Source: a virus (lineage: Duplodnaviria; Heunggongvirae; Uroviricota; Caudoviricetes). Taken from it: a stretch of DNA of 64,000 bases. The translations under genes were made by a program, and so were the position numbers. The notes under the pieces are model-generated. The model was not told the origin of the DNA. It did not search any database and worked only from the letters and a program-made list of their open reading frames with translations. Location: the IMG/VR virus record IMGVR_UViG_3300026737_000001. The stretch is one strand, 5' to 3'. Positions 19,320-28,180 of the stretch are shown here, in pieces. How positions within the stretch are numbered: position 1 is the first letter of the stretch; each line of letters begins with the position of its first letter.

Positions 19320-19806
19320 TGCTGAATCTGCAACAATAGTAGAACTAAGCAACACTATAAAAGCTCAAGAGGCAGAGATAGAAACTCTAAAAAAGATAAT
19401 AGAAAGTAAAAAATATGATTTAACAGAACAGGAAGCTATTGATGTTGCAAATAAGATTAAATCTCTTGAAAATGAAGTATCGAAACTAAAAAGCATTGTA
19501 GCCAAACAGGAATCTTTAATAAAAGGATTAAAAAAGGAGAATGAACTCCAAGATAAATACATATTATCCTTAGAAGATGAAAATGACATGCTTAAAGTTT
19601 CTATTAAAAACCAGAAAGAATCTTTTGACAGTGCAATAGCTAACGCCAATCAGGTGATAGGACTGCAGAAAGAGCAGCTAATGCTTAAAGACGATATAAT
19701 AAATGAACAGGAAAAGATGTATTCAATGAGCTTTATAGAAAAAATTGAGTACATAGCATTAGGTGTAGCCATTTATTCTACAGCTGATTTGTTAATAGAA
19801 AACTAA
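19222..19806 (+). CDS. membrane-anchored coiled-coil protein (start uncertain; overlaps the previous ORF)
   Basis: TM 'LLIVILLIVLMMM' followed by a long coiled coil. Terminator hairpin immediately downstream. Confidence 0.35.
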   Translation: MRMHPENLATLMATLLIVILLIVLMMMGSQKANAESATIVELSNTIKAQEAEIETLKKIIESKKYDLTEQEAIDVANKIKSLENEVSKLKSIVAKQESLIKGLKKENELQDKYILSLEDENDMLKVSIKNQKESFDSAIANANQVIGLQKEQLMLKDDIINEQEKMYSMSFIEKIEYIALGVAIYSTADLLIEN

Positions 19807-19817
19807 ATAGAAATGAC

Positions 19818-19852
19818 AAAAGCCGCCCTTAAAAGGACGGCTTCTTTTTTTA
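19818..19852. terminator. bidirectional rho-independent terminator between convergent gene blocks
   Basis: Hairpin 'AAAGCCGCCC-ttaaaa-GGACGGCTT' followed by a T-run on + and preceded by an A-run (T-run on -). Lies between the + gene ending at 19806 and the - gene ending at 19850. Confidence 0.6.
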
Positions 19853-20167
19853 TAGTAATGTTTTTATCTTTTTTAGAAATACCATAGCTGATTTATCCTG
19901 TTCTTCAACAATCTCTCCATTTTTAAACAATATAAGTTTCGGAAGTCCTTTTACGTTATACTCTTCAGCTAAAGCCTCAAAAGAGTCAACATCAACTGTG
20001 TAAATATCAAACTTATCAGCATACTGGGCCATTAACCTTCCTTTAAGTTGCTTACACTTTCCACACCATTTAGCGTAAAAATCAACCACAACATGTTTGT
20101 CCTGATTGATAAAGTCCTCGAATTCCTCTACAGTTGTAATCTCTATCATTAATTTAATTCCTCCCAT
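19850..20167 (-). CDS. thioredoxin with atypical CGKC active site
   Basis: 'VVDFYAKWCGKCKQL' is the Trx fold motif (WCGPC in canonical Trx). 105 aa. Confidence 0.7.
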   Translation of the reverse strand: MGGIKLMIEITTVEEFEDFINQDKHVVVDFYAKWCGKCKQLKGRLMAQYADKFDIYTVDVDSFEALAEEYNVKGLPKLILFKNGEIVEEQDKSAMVFLKKIKTLL

Positions 20168-20568
20168 TGTTTACTTTCACTATTAAAACTTTCTATTTTT
20201 AAATTACTATCACTCATCCAGGCATCAACTTCTTTTTCTAGTTTCTTTTTATAGTCATCAACACCCTTTAGAGCATAGCTTGTTTTAAGCTTATGCCATT
20301 TTTTAAATTCATCTGTCTTTACAAGTCTTTCAAGTGCAGCCTTTTTATTCTTAGCCTGAGTCCTGTGGTTTCTTGACTCGGCCACAGCCCCTGACTCTTT
20401 ATGTCTAATTCTGACACCAGTTTCTCGTGAGTTTTGGTTTTGTCCGCCCGGGCCACCAGAGCGAAAAGTCTCAATTTCTAAGTCGTTTTTAGTTACAGAA
20501 AATAGAAGCTCCTTACTCATTGTTGTCATCATCCTCTTTTTTATAGTTTCTGCATTTACCCTTCTCAT
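20149..20568 (-). CDS. ArfB/ICT1-like peptidyl-tRNA hydrolase (GGQ-domain ribosome rescue factor)
   Basis: 'FRSGGPGGQNQNSRETGVRIRHKESG' is the RF-1 domain GGQ motif. 139 aa with a basic C-terminal tail, like ArfB/YaeJ. Confidence 0.6.
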   Translation of the reverse strand: MRRVNAETIKKRMMTTMSKELLFSVTKNDLEIETFRSGGPGGQNQNSRETGVRIRHKESGAVAESRNHRTQAKNKKAALERLVKTDEFKKWHKLKTSYALKGVDDYKKKLEKEVDAWMSDSNLKIESFNSESKQWEELN

Positions 20569-20639
20569 CTAAAAAAACTTCATCTGTCCAGCATTCGCCT
20601 AAATCATGATATTCGCAATCAGATGCATCGCAATAAGCT

Positions 20640-20978
20640 CTAGGCATTATTATCACTCTTCAGGGCATAACCTAAAGCCTCATAAAAAGAGCAGCCACCA
20701 TTATAATACTTTGTTTCAAAGCTTATAGTTCCGTCATCGTTAAAATTAGATTCAAAGATATCATCATAATAAACATCTTCCATTTCAATCCGGTAGATAG
20801 TATCATCGATAACAGCAAACTTCTTGTAAGCAGCTTCCAAAAACTGTTCTTCTAAGCTGTCATAATAGCTTTTAACCTCTGTAATACCAGCTACATCTTT
20901 CATTTGTTCTTCAAGTGTCATACCTTCAGGCCTTGTCAAAGGCACTAACTGACCCTTAAAATGTACCATTTCACTCAT
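20640..20978 (-). CDS. hypothetical protein
   Basis: ORF in an operon-like array. Confidence 0.35.
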   Translation of the reverse strand: MSEMVHFKGQLVPLTRPEGMTLEEQMKDVAGITEVKSYYDSLEEQFLEAAYKKFAVIDDTIYRIEMEDVYYDDIFESNFNDDGTISFETKYYNGGCSFYEALGYALKSDNNA

Positions 20979-21232
20979 TAAAATCCCTCCATATCAAACT
21001 CTTTAACTTCACTTTGGTTATAATCTCTAACTTTAATTAGATTTTCAATTGGTATTTTAGTCCACTTCATACCGACTCTATCGAAAGGGTCCTCGGCAGG
21101 GACAACTACCTCAACTTCAGCCTTATCATTTTCTACTTTATTAACTTTAAACTCACAATTGTTATTGATTCCACGGCGTTCGAGCAGTCCTTTGTGATAG
21201 ACAATATCTCCTTTTTTAATCATCATCATCAA
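20978..21232 (-). CDS. hypothetical protein
   Basis: ORF with an overlapping stop/start. Confidence 0.35.
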   Translation of the reverse strand: MMMMIKKGDIVYHKGLLERRGINNNCEFKVNKVENDKAEVEVVVPAEDPFDRVGMKWTKIPIENLIKVRDYNQSEVKEFDMEGF

Positions 21233-21441
21233 CTCCCATTAATATCTACAGTATATACTCCATCATTAATGTATGCGTCTGAAATACATGTAAAAAGAAC
21301 TCTGTCATTCTTATCAGATACAAGCATTCCATCTGGTTCATACATTTTAAACATATCATCTTTTTTTAAGTCTTTGAAGTTAACCTCTTTAAAAACGCCA
21401 CCATCTTCAAGACGAAAAACTTTTCTATTTATGTTGCTCAT
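21229..21441 (-). CDS. hypothetical protein
   Basis: ORF with an overlapping stop/start. Confidence 0.3.
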   Translation of the reverse strand: MSNINRKVFRLEDGGVFKEVNFKDLKKDDMFKMYEPDGMLVSDKNDRVLFTCISDAYINDGVYTVDINGS

Positions 21442-21682
21442 CCTTAAATCGGTCCTCCTCAGTATATCCGTAATAAAACCACAAAACAGTCATTATAATA
21501 AATCTTAAATTATCTAAAAACCATGCAGTCCATGTATATGTATATTCAACATCTCTACCAAGCTCAAAAAGAGAGAGGAGAGCATATAAAACAACAGTTA
21601 TAAGATATGCATAAATAGTGATATTCCATAGCTCGCCCTTAAACACCTTTATCTTTTTAACTCTCAAATTAAAACACCTCAA
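21425..21682 (-). CDS. hypothetical membrane protein
   Basis: Two hydrophobic segments. Confidence 0.3.
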   Translation of the reverse strand: MRCFNLRVKKIKVFKGELWNITIYAYLITVVLYALLSLFELGRDVEYTYTWTAWFLDNLRFIIMTVLWFYYGYTEEDRFKDEQHK

Positions 21683-22290
21683 TCCTTAAATTTATCTCCA
21701 TATTTTTTCCTTAGTTTAGTTTTATAAAGCCAGTTATTTCTCATGTAGAAATCCTTACTTAATTTATAAAGCATCCTCCACTTTAATCTTTCAACAGTTT
21801 GTTCTTTTCTTTTTTTAGGTATCTTTATTTTTCTGGCCCTCTGGATAGTCTTATAACCCGACTTTATTCTATTACCTTTATAGTAGAACTTATCAAAATC
21901 AATCTCAATCAAACCGACAAAAGAAGGGACCTCATCCACAGGGATAACTCCTTTTGGTGCTATGAGATAATTATACTCACCGCCGATGCAGAAACCGTTT
22001 TGAAAGTCAGAATAAGAGGCCTTAGCCTCAACCGATTTAATCGTCACATCACCAGAGTAGGTTGCCTTAAACCCAAAAGCATCTGTAATACTTTTGTTAT
22101 GTATCTTATAACCAAGCTTTGTATCAAACTGCTTTTCTGCAAGACGAGAGAAGCAGTGGGGGATAGTAAATTCATCCGCCACAAAGTTGCAGAGCTGGTT
22201 ATGCTTTAAATAAAGCTTACCAATTTCTTTTAAAGTAAAATGTTCAAAGCTCTCATTTTTTGGAAATACAATATCTGACATAAAAAACAT
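21679..22290 (-). CDS. hypothetical protein
   Basis: 203-aa ORF, first gene after the AT-rich intergenic region. Confidence 0.4.
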   Translation of the reverse strand: MFFMSDIVFPKNESFEHFTLKEIGKLYLKHNQLCNFVADEFTIPHCFSRLAEKQFDTKLGYKIHNKSITDAFGFKATYSGDVTIKSVEAKASYSDFQNGFCIGGEYNYLIAPKGVIPVDEVPSFVGLIEIDFDKFYYKGNRIKSGYKTIQRARKIKIPKKRKEQTVERLKWRMLYKLSKDFYMRNNWLYKTKLRKKYGDKFKD

Positions 22291-22774
22291 TCCTTCTTAA
22301 ATTTATTTATTCTTATGAAATAAGTATGTTTAAGAATATAAAAACATATATTTTTATTATGTTTAATCATTATATGAACTTATGAATATAGAAACAAAGG
22401 AACTAACCCCTATAATTTTAAAAAAGTATTTAGTTATACCCACAATCCAAAAACTTTTGACGATATGAGGCCATATAATTTATGTTATTTTTTCCATTTT
22501 ATCCCAAAAACCTAGATATCTTGGGATATTGAGACAGAATTTAGAATTAAATAACTTGGATGTAAAATATTTTAATAGTAAAATAACCTCTCTTTTGGTA
22601 AAAATTTCGTAAAACAAGAATTTTACGAATATATTGCGAAACTTTTTTACTAAGCTTTTTTATAAAAACATCCAATAATATAATACTTTTAATATTTTAA
22701 ATATTGCATATAGTATCACAAGTGCTCCAATTGTAAATACTGTTCCTATTAAGAAATCCATTTTTAATTCTCCT

Positions 22775-23008
22775 TTATTGCAATTCTAATAAACATCCGT
22801 TATTTTTTATATAATCATATAATTTTTTCATAATAGAATCTCTTTGCATTCGGTATTTAAAAGTTTTAACGATATTTTTATCTGTTAATGTTATTTCTAA
22901 ATAATATGGCTCAACCATATTTTCTTTTTCATAAATTTCAATATTAATAATTGAGTTGACATTTATTATATTATAATCAAGTTTAATAAAGTTTGGCTCA
23001 AAATCCAT
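22775..23008 (-). CDS. hypothetical protein
   Basis: ORF. Confidence 0.3.
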   Translation of the reverse strand: MDFEPNFIKLDYNIINVNSIINIEIYEKENMVEPYYLEITLTDKNIVKTFKYRMQRDSIMKKLYDYIKNNGCLLELQ

Positions 23009-23023
23009 AATAATCCTCGCTTT

Positions 23024-23266
23024 CTATTTTGGAGACATCGACTTGACATAAATAAAGGCTAAAATAGTCAGCCAGCTTAAAAGGCACGACATAAAAATTG
23101 CAGAGTAAACATCATTTTTATCTTTTGCTGATGAAGCCTTTATAATATGTTCAAGTGCATCTTCCCAAATATGTTTGTTAACTAAATACTGTGACAGCCA
23201 CAAAAACATTGTGGCCATCACTCCTGCTAAATAAAACCAAAATAATCTCTCAAATAAAACAATCAT
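23024..23266 (-). CDS. hypothetical membrane protein
   Basis: Hydrophobic segments. Confidence 0.3.
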   Translation of the reverse strand: MIVLFERLFWFYLAGVMATMFLWLSQYLVNKHIWEDALEHIIKASSAKDKNDVYSAIFMSCLLSWLTILAFIYVKSMSPK

Positions 23267-23656
23267 TTATAGCACCTCTGTTAATTCCGCAAAATCTTCT
23301 GGCATTCTAAGATTAATTTTTTCAAAGTCTTCTTCCCTCATATAAAGAACAAGCGCATCATCAACATGCTTTAGTACATCATCAGCTGATAATCTATGAT
23401 TTTCTGCTACAAGTTTGTTGCCTAAATAAAAACCTTCCCATTCACCATTTTCAAGTCTTACAAAATGGTATTCATGACCATTTTCAAGTCTTGCAAAACG
23501 GTATTCATGCGGCTTAATCGACATTTTATTGGACTTTTCTATTTCCATCATTTCTATTTCCATCATTGCAGATAGCGTATCTTTATTTGTCCCGTACTGT
23601 TCTACCTGCTGTAAAATTTCATCTTTTAATTCTTCCCACATTTTTTCGTAATTCAT
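23267..23656 (-). CDS. hypothetical protein
   Basis: ORF with internal duplication 'ARLENGHEYHFVRLENGEWEG'. Confidence 0.35.
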   Translation of the reverse strand: MNYEKMWEELKDEILQQVEQYGTNKDTLSAMMEIEMMEIEKSNKMSIKPHEYRFARLENGHEYHFVRLENGEWEGFYLGNKLVAENHRLSADDVLKHVDDALVLYMREEDFEKINLRMPEDFAELTEVL

Positions 23657-23667
23657 TTATTTACCTC

Positions 23668-23865
23668 CTAAATTAGATTGTAATGATAAACAAAGCTTCT
23701 TCCTTCATTATATTTTCTTTTTTTATCCTCCATCTTATCAGCAACCCGTTTCATTCTTAAAGCTTTTTTGCGGTCCTTTACATCAAGAGCCCACTTTGCT
23801 AAAAGCATAGCTTCAAGCGATTGATACTTCTGATAACCAGGAGCGTTTTTCCAAAGGTGACTCAT
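23668..23865 (-). CDS. hypothetical basic protein
   Basis: ORF. Confidence 0.3.
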   Translation of the reverse strand: MSHLWKNAPGYQKYQSLEAMLLAKWALDVKDRKKALRMKRVADKMEDKKRKYNEGRSFVYHYNLI

Positions 23866-23875
23866 TTTACCCCCC

Positions 23876-24208
23876 CTAAAATATAAAGACTATTATTAAT
23901 GTAAATACATGGGCAAGCTGGTCTGCTATTAAGTAGCCAGAATAATGAGCCTCGCGCTGCAATGAAATTTTCGCCAGGTCGATAATAAAATGTGTAGCAA
24001 ATAAAAACATAAACTTCCAGAGTGTATAAATTCCAAGAATCTTTAACCCAAGCGACAAGAATAAAGCCCATGTCAGACAGTGTATGAATAAAATAAAAAT
24101 GTATTTAGCCTTGTATGTTCCGACAAAATCTCCCTGCCAGTGAAAGTCATACATTAAGTGCATCAGTATTAAAATCGCAAACTGCTCTATCAAGCTAAGC
24201 TCCATCAT
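23876..24208 (-). CDS. hypothetical polytopic membrane protein
   Basis: About three TM segments. Confidence 0.35.
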   Translation of the reverse strand: MMELSLIEQFAILILMHLMYDFHWQGDFVGTYKAKYIFILFIHCLTWALFLSLGLKILGIYTLWKFMFLFATHFIIDLAKISLQREAHYSGYLIADQLAHVFTLIIVFIF

Positions 24209-24211
24209 ATT

Positions 24212-24616
24212 TTAATCTCCAATCTTTATAAAATTAAGTACATTAAAAATATGTGCTAATTGTTTTTCGGTCCATTCAGGTGCTCCTGTTTCATATTCCC
24301 TAGCTAAACCTCTTTTTAGAAGAAAGTCGCTCAAGGTTCCACCTTCTGGTAGATAAATATCTGCAATATACCTGCCAAAACCACCCTTTTTATTTGTTTT
24401 AATTACTAATTCTCTATCTTTTAATAGGTGTTTTACAAACTCAGTAACAAGTATAGCTGCGTTTTTTTCTCTATTATTAGATGTTCTCATCTCTGGTGTA
24501 TCAACACCCTTGAGTCTGAGCCTTTCTTTTTTTAATGTAGAAAAGCCCAAATCAATTGTTGCATCAAAGGTATCACCATCTATAACCTCATCTATCACGG
24601 CATTGTATTTGTACAT
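24212..24616 (-). CDS. thermonuclease (SNase-like)
   Basis: 'VIDGDTFDATI...RLRLKGVDTPE' is the staphylococcal nuclease signature. Confidence 0.65.
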   Translation of the reverse strand: MYKYNAVIDEVIDGDTFDATIDLGFSTLKKERLRLKGVDTPEMRTSNNREKNAAILVTEFVKHLLKDRELVIKTNKKGGFGRYIADIYLPEGGTLSDFLLKRGLAREYETGAPEWTEKQLAHIFNVLNFIKIGD

Positions 24617-24973
24617 TTATGCCCCCTTAACCCAGTCATCTACATAAACAGCTTTATCATCAATATATTTATGAGCAAACACTTTTATTCCCTCGCCATC
24701 AAAATGGTTTTTAACCCATTCACAATTTTCATTAGCATAATCAATAGGTATATCATTTTCGTAGCAGAATTTTATAGCTTCCTCAAGCTCTTTACCGGTC
24801 CGACATGTCCAGAGAATGATTACAGTGCCATCTTCATCTTCTCTTCTCATCTCTTCTACAACATGCTCATTAATCTCTCCGATTTCAGGCCATTTATTTT
24901 GAACAATAGTTCCGTCAAAGTCGACAGCTATAATTCTAGGCATATCTCCATTTAAATCTTCTTTTTCTGTCAT
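24617..24973 (-). CDS. HAD-superfamily phosphatase-like protein
   Basis: 'IIAVDFDGTIV' HAD motif I. Confidence 0.4.
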   Translation of the reverse strand: MTEKEDLNGDMPRIIAVDFDGTIVQNKWPEIGEINEHVVEEMRREDEDGTVIILWTCRTGKELEEAIKFCYENDIPIDYANENCEWVKNHFDGEGIKVFAHKYIDDKAVYVDDWVKGA

Positions 24974-24977
24974 TTAA

Positions 24978-25709
24978 TCACCTTTCATTCTCTATAAATT
25001 TTATTAGTCTTTTTAAGTTTATAGGTTTTAATAATAAATTTTCTGCTGAAACACATTTGTGGAACTTAGATTTCTCTTCCTTAACACCATGTACATGTCC
25101 GTGAATGTTAATTATGTTGTGTGACTTAAAATAAAGCTCATCTTCTATACTCAATTCCATTGGTCTGTGAGTTAAAACGAAAGTGTAATCATTAACCATC
25201 AAGGTAAAACTGTCATATACTTCTTTAAACCCAAGCCTTTCAACGAGTTTTGTTCGTGATTGACCGTCGTGATTACCTCTAATGAGTATAATTTTGCCGT
25301 TTAAACGGTCCATAATCTCAAGCTGTCGTTTGGTGTTAGTAAGAAAGAAATCTCCTAGATGAAGCACTGTGTCATGTGGACAAACAGTATCATTCCACAT
25401 TTCAATCATGTATTCATCCATCTCTTCTGCTGTTAAAAAAGGTCTGTTCTCATATTCTATAATGTTATAATGGCCAAAATGGGTGTCAGCAATCAGATAT
25501 AGATTTTTAACACCCAAGATTGACTCAATTATCCTTTTTCCTCTTTCAATTTCTTCCATTGTTTTCTTTATGTTTGTTTTTCTTTTATTTATTTCTTCTG
25601 GTGTAGATTTATGATTTTCAGCTTCTTCTAAAAGTTCATAAAACCTATCAGCTGCTTTTTGCGACTTTATAACAATAGGCTCTGTAAATCTTTTTAAGTA
25701 ATCTTCCAT
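24978..25709 (-). CDS. calcineurin-like metallophosphoesterase
   Basis: 'IADTHFGH', 'LHLGDFF', 'IRGNHD', 'HGHVH' motifs. Confidence 0.65.
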   Translation of the reverse strand: MEDYLKRFTEPIVIKSQKAADRFYELLEEAENHKSTPEEINKRKTNIKKTMEEIERGKRIIESILGVKNLYLIADTHFGHYNIIEYENRPFLTAEEMDEYMIEMWNDTVCPHDTVLHLGDFFLTNTKRQLEIMDRLNGKIILIRGNHDGQSRTKLVERLGFKEVYDSFTLMVNDYTFVLTHRPMELSIEDELYFKSHNIINIHGHVHGVKEEKSKFHKCVSAENLLLKPINLKRLIKFIENER

Positions 25710-25994
25710 TTAAAATCTCGAGAGACCAATCTCGATTTCCTTTTCTAAATTTGTATGTTGACCTAGCCAGTTTTTATACTGAAACTTTTTAAGGTCCTTG
25801 TCATACTTTACTTTCATAAATCTCTTTGTTCTAGGTACAGAACTTCTATTATCAATTAAAGACATTGTTCCTTTATACTTATCCCATGTCCCATCTAAAA
25901 ACCCAACTTCAAGTTCTTCATTCTTTTCATCTAGAAGATTAAAAAATTCCTTCTTAATATCTTCGTGTTCTTTTAATTTCTGTGTAGCTGCCAT
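25710..25994 (-). CDS. hypothetical protein
   Basis: ORF. Confidence 0.3.
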   Translation of the reverse strand: MAATQKLKEHEDIKKEFFNLLDEKNEELEVGFLDGTWDKYKGTMSLIDNRSSVPRTKRFMKVKYDKDLKKFQYKNWLGQHTNLEKEIEIGLSRF

Positions 25995-26013
25995 TATTTT
26001 ATCCCCCTTGTTT

Positions 26014-26211
26014 TTACTCTTTATTTGAAACTTCCTTTACCATGTTTTCTATATCTAAAATAGTTTCGTGCTTTACTGTTTCGTAATCTTTTTCAGTTTT
26101 ATCATAGGCTCGTCCATCCCAATAAGTCTTTTCCAAAAGCAGATGGTATTTTATTTTATCTACTTTAGCTCTTGCTTCTTTCGAAAAGATTTTTTTAATC
26201 CATTTAATCAT
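26014..26211 (-). CDS. hypothetical protein
   Basis: ORF. Confidence 0.3.
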   Translation of the reverse strand: MIKWIKKIFSKEARAKVDKIKYHLLLEKTYWDGRAYDKTEKDYETVKHETILDIENMVKEVSNKE

Positions 26212-26230
26212 TTTTATATTCCTCCATTTT

Positions 26231-26479
26231 TTATATGCAAAGCATAATTACTATATATACAAGTGTTGAACCTGTTATAGTGTAAGCCATATCCGTCCAT
26301 TCAAAGCAACCTTTATCAAGCCACTTGTCCCAGACATATTCCTTTAATATACCAACTGTACTTCCTGTTACTAATCCAAAGAATGGGTTAATCAAACTTA
26401 AAATTAGTGTTATTAACCCTCCAGCAAAAAAGTGTTTGATATAATCAATTCTTGGTGGCTTTTCTTTTAAAAATTCCAT
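26231..26479 (-). CDS. hypothetical membrane protein
   Basis: Two TM segments. Confidence 0.3.
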   Translation of the reverse strand: MEFLKEKPPRIDYIKHFFAGGLITLILSLINPFFGLVTGSTVGILKEYVWDKWLDKGCFEWTDMAYTITGSTLVYIVIMLCI

Positions 26480-26820
26480 AAGTCTAACACCCCTTCAATT
26501 CCTTCAGAGCCAAGAGGAATTTTGTAAATTGCTACCTTTTCTTCAAGTCCTGCAATTACCCTAACTTTCATCCCAAATATAGAGCTTATTTTATCTGCGT
26601 TTTCTTTTAATTCAACAGGCATTGTTTCTTTAAATTCTTCAAAACCCTCTTTATTAAAAACAATTACATAATGATAAGACATTTCAGGCAGTGAATTTAT
26701 TGCCTCATACAAGTCATCAAGGCTTGTTTCGTCTGTATTTATTTCACATTCGACAGAATACCTATCCTTAGATATACTGTCATACCACTCAATCTGGTCT
26801 TTTGCTACCTGAGATGTCAT
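26467..26820 (-). CDS. hypothetical protein (start trimmed to 'MTSQ' because the listed N-terminus 26821-26862 lies inside the IS right end)
   Basis: The listed ORF begins within the IS subterminal hairpin. The internal ATG at 26820 is preceded by GAGGAG. Confidence 0.35.
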   Translation of the reverse strand: MTSQVAKDQIEWYDSISKDRYSVECEINTDETSLDDLYEAINSLPEMSYHYVIVFNKEGFEEFKETMPVELKENADKISSIFGMKVRVIAGLEEKVAIYKIPLGSEGIEGVLDLWNF

Positions 26821-26963
26821 GGTCTTGACGCTCCTCGGGGCAAGCCCACGAGGATTCCTCATTCATAGAGAATTGCCTACTTAAAGCATAGCAAAAGCTA
26901 GATTAATTAGGTCTTATGCTCTCTCCAAAGGCGTAAATTCGGGTAAGCCCTACCCTATATAGT

Positions 26964-28085
26964 CTATCTTATACCTAAATCTAATTTGCCTTGTTTTAAA
27001 AGATTTTTACTAGCGTTTATATCCCTGTCGTGATTTGCACCACACTCACAAGTCCAAGTGCGAACTGATAAATCTTTGACTTTAGGATTTTTAGTACCAC
27101 ATTCTGAACAGGTTTGACTACTAGCAAAAAACCTATCTGCTTTGTGTAATATGCAATTATACCACTTGCTTTTGTATTCCAGCATTGTAGTAAACATATT
27201 CCAGGCACAATCAGAAATATGTTTTGCAAGTTTAGAATTTTTAAGCATACCTTTTACATTTAAGTCCTCTATGACTAAAAGTTGGTTCTCCTTTGTTAGA
27301 CTAGTTGACAGTTTATGCAAAAAGTCTTTACGAATATTTTTGATTTTTTCATGAACTTTAGCAATTTTCTTTTTAAGTTTATACCAATTGTTACTACCTT
27401 CTTCTTTACGAGCTAACCTTCTTTGTAATTTAGCAAGTTTATCTTGATATTTAGAAAGGTGCCTAGGATTTGAAATATGTTCACCATTAGAAGTAGTTAA
27501 AAAGTCTTTAATTCCTAAATCTAATCCTAATTCACATTGATTATCTTTAACAATAGTTACTAAGACTTGTTTAACATTAATTGATATATAATATTTACCT
27601 GCTCTAGATTTAGAAACTGTAACATTATTAATTTTACCTTTAACCTCTTTAGATTTAGCAAACTTAATCCAAGATAGTTTTGGTAGTTTAATCTTATTTT
27701 CTTTAATTTCAATATTTGTTGTACCACTAGGTCTAATGAATTTTTGTGTTCTATATGATAGCCTAGCTTTTCTTTTAGATTTAAACTTAGGATAATTATA
27801 TTTACCACTAAAGAAATTCTTAAAAGCTCTATCCAGGTCTTTAAGACTTTGCTGTAAAGCTATACTATCTACTTCTTTAAGCCACTCATATTCTTTTTTT
27901 AATTGAGGCAGTTGTCTGGAATATTTAGTATATGATTGATAATTTTCTTCTTTAGTTTTTGCTAAAAATTCGTTGTAAATGAATCTAGAACAACCAATAG
28001 TTTTATCAATTAATTCTTGTTGTTCTTGATTAGGATAAATTCTAAACTTATATGCTTTGTTAATTGGCTTAAATTTTTTAATCAT
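26964..28085 (-). CDS. tnpB: TnpB (IS605 OrfB-family RNA-guided nuclease/transposase accessory protein)
   Basis: N-terminal HTH 'YKFRIYPNQEQQELIDKTIGCSRFIYN', RuvC-like core, and C-terminal zinc finger 'CSECGTKNPKVKDLSVRTWTCECGANHDRDINASKN'. Confidence 0.85.
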   Translation of the reverse strand: MIKKFKPINKAYKFRIYPNQEQQELIDKTIGCSRFIYNEFLAKTKEENYQSYTKYSRQLPQLKKEYEWLKEVDSIALQQSLKDLDRAFKNFFSGKYNYPKFKSKRKARLSYRTQKFIRPSGTTNIEIKENKIKLPKLSWIKFAKSKEVKGKINNVTVSKSRAGKYYISINVKQVLVTIVKDNQCELGLDLGIKDFLTTSNGEHISNPRHLSKYQDKLAKLQRRLARKEEGSNNWYKLKKKIAKVHEKIKNIRKDFLHKLSTSLTKENQLLVIEDLNVKGMLKNSKLAKHISDCAWNMFTTMLEYKSKWYNCILHKADRFFASSQTCSECGTKNPKVKDLSVRTWTCECGANHDRDINASKNLLKQGKLDLGIR

Positions 28086-28132
28086 TATGTTTGCCTCTTT
28101 TCTATGTTGTTAACTACATTATATCATTGTGT

Positions 28133-28160
28133 TGATATGTTGTCAACTATATGATATAAT
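28133..28160 (+). promoter_or_regulatory. sigma70-type promoter with extended -10 (TTGATA-16-TGaTATAAT) for the RHH gene
   Basis: Seen directly. Followed by RBS AGGAGG (28167-28172) and ATG 28181. Confidence 0.6.
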
Positions 28161-28180
28161 AATTTTAGGAGGTGTTCATT

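Noticed and set aside
21194-22209. + strand ORFs 21194..21508 and 21799..22209
   Set aside because: Antisense to contiguous - strand genes, with low-complexity translation and no RBS.
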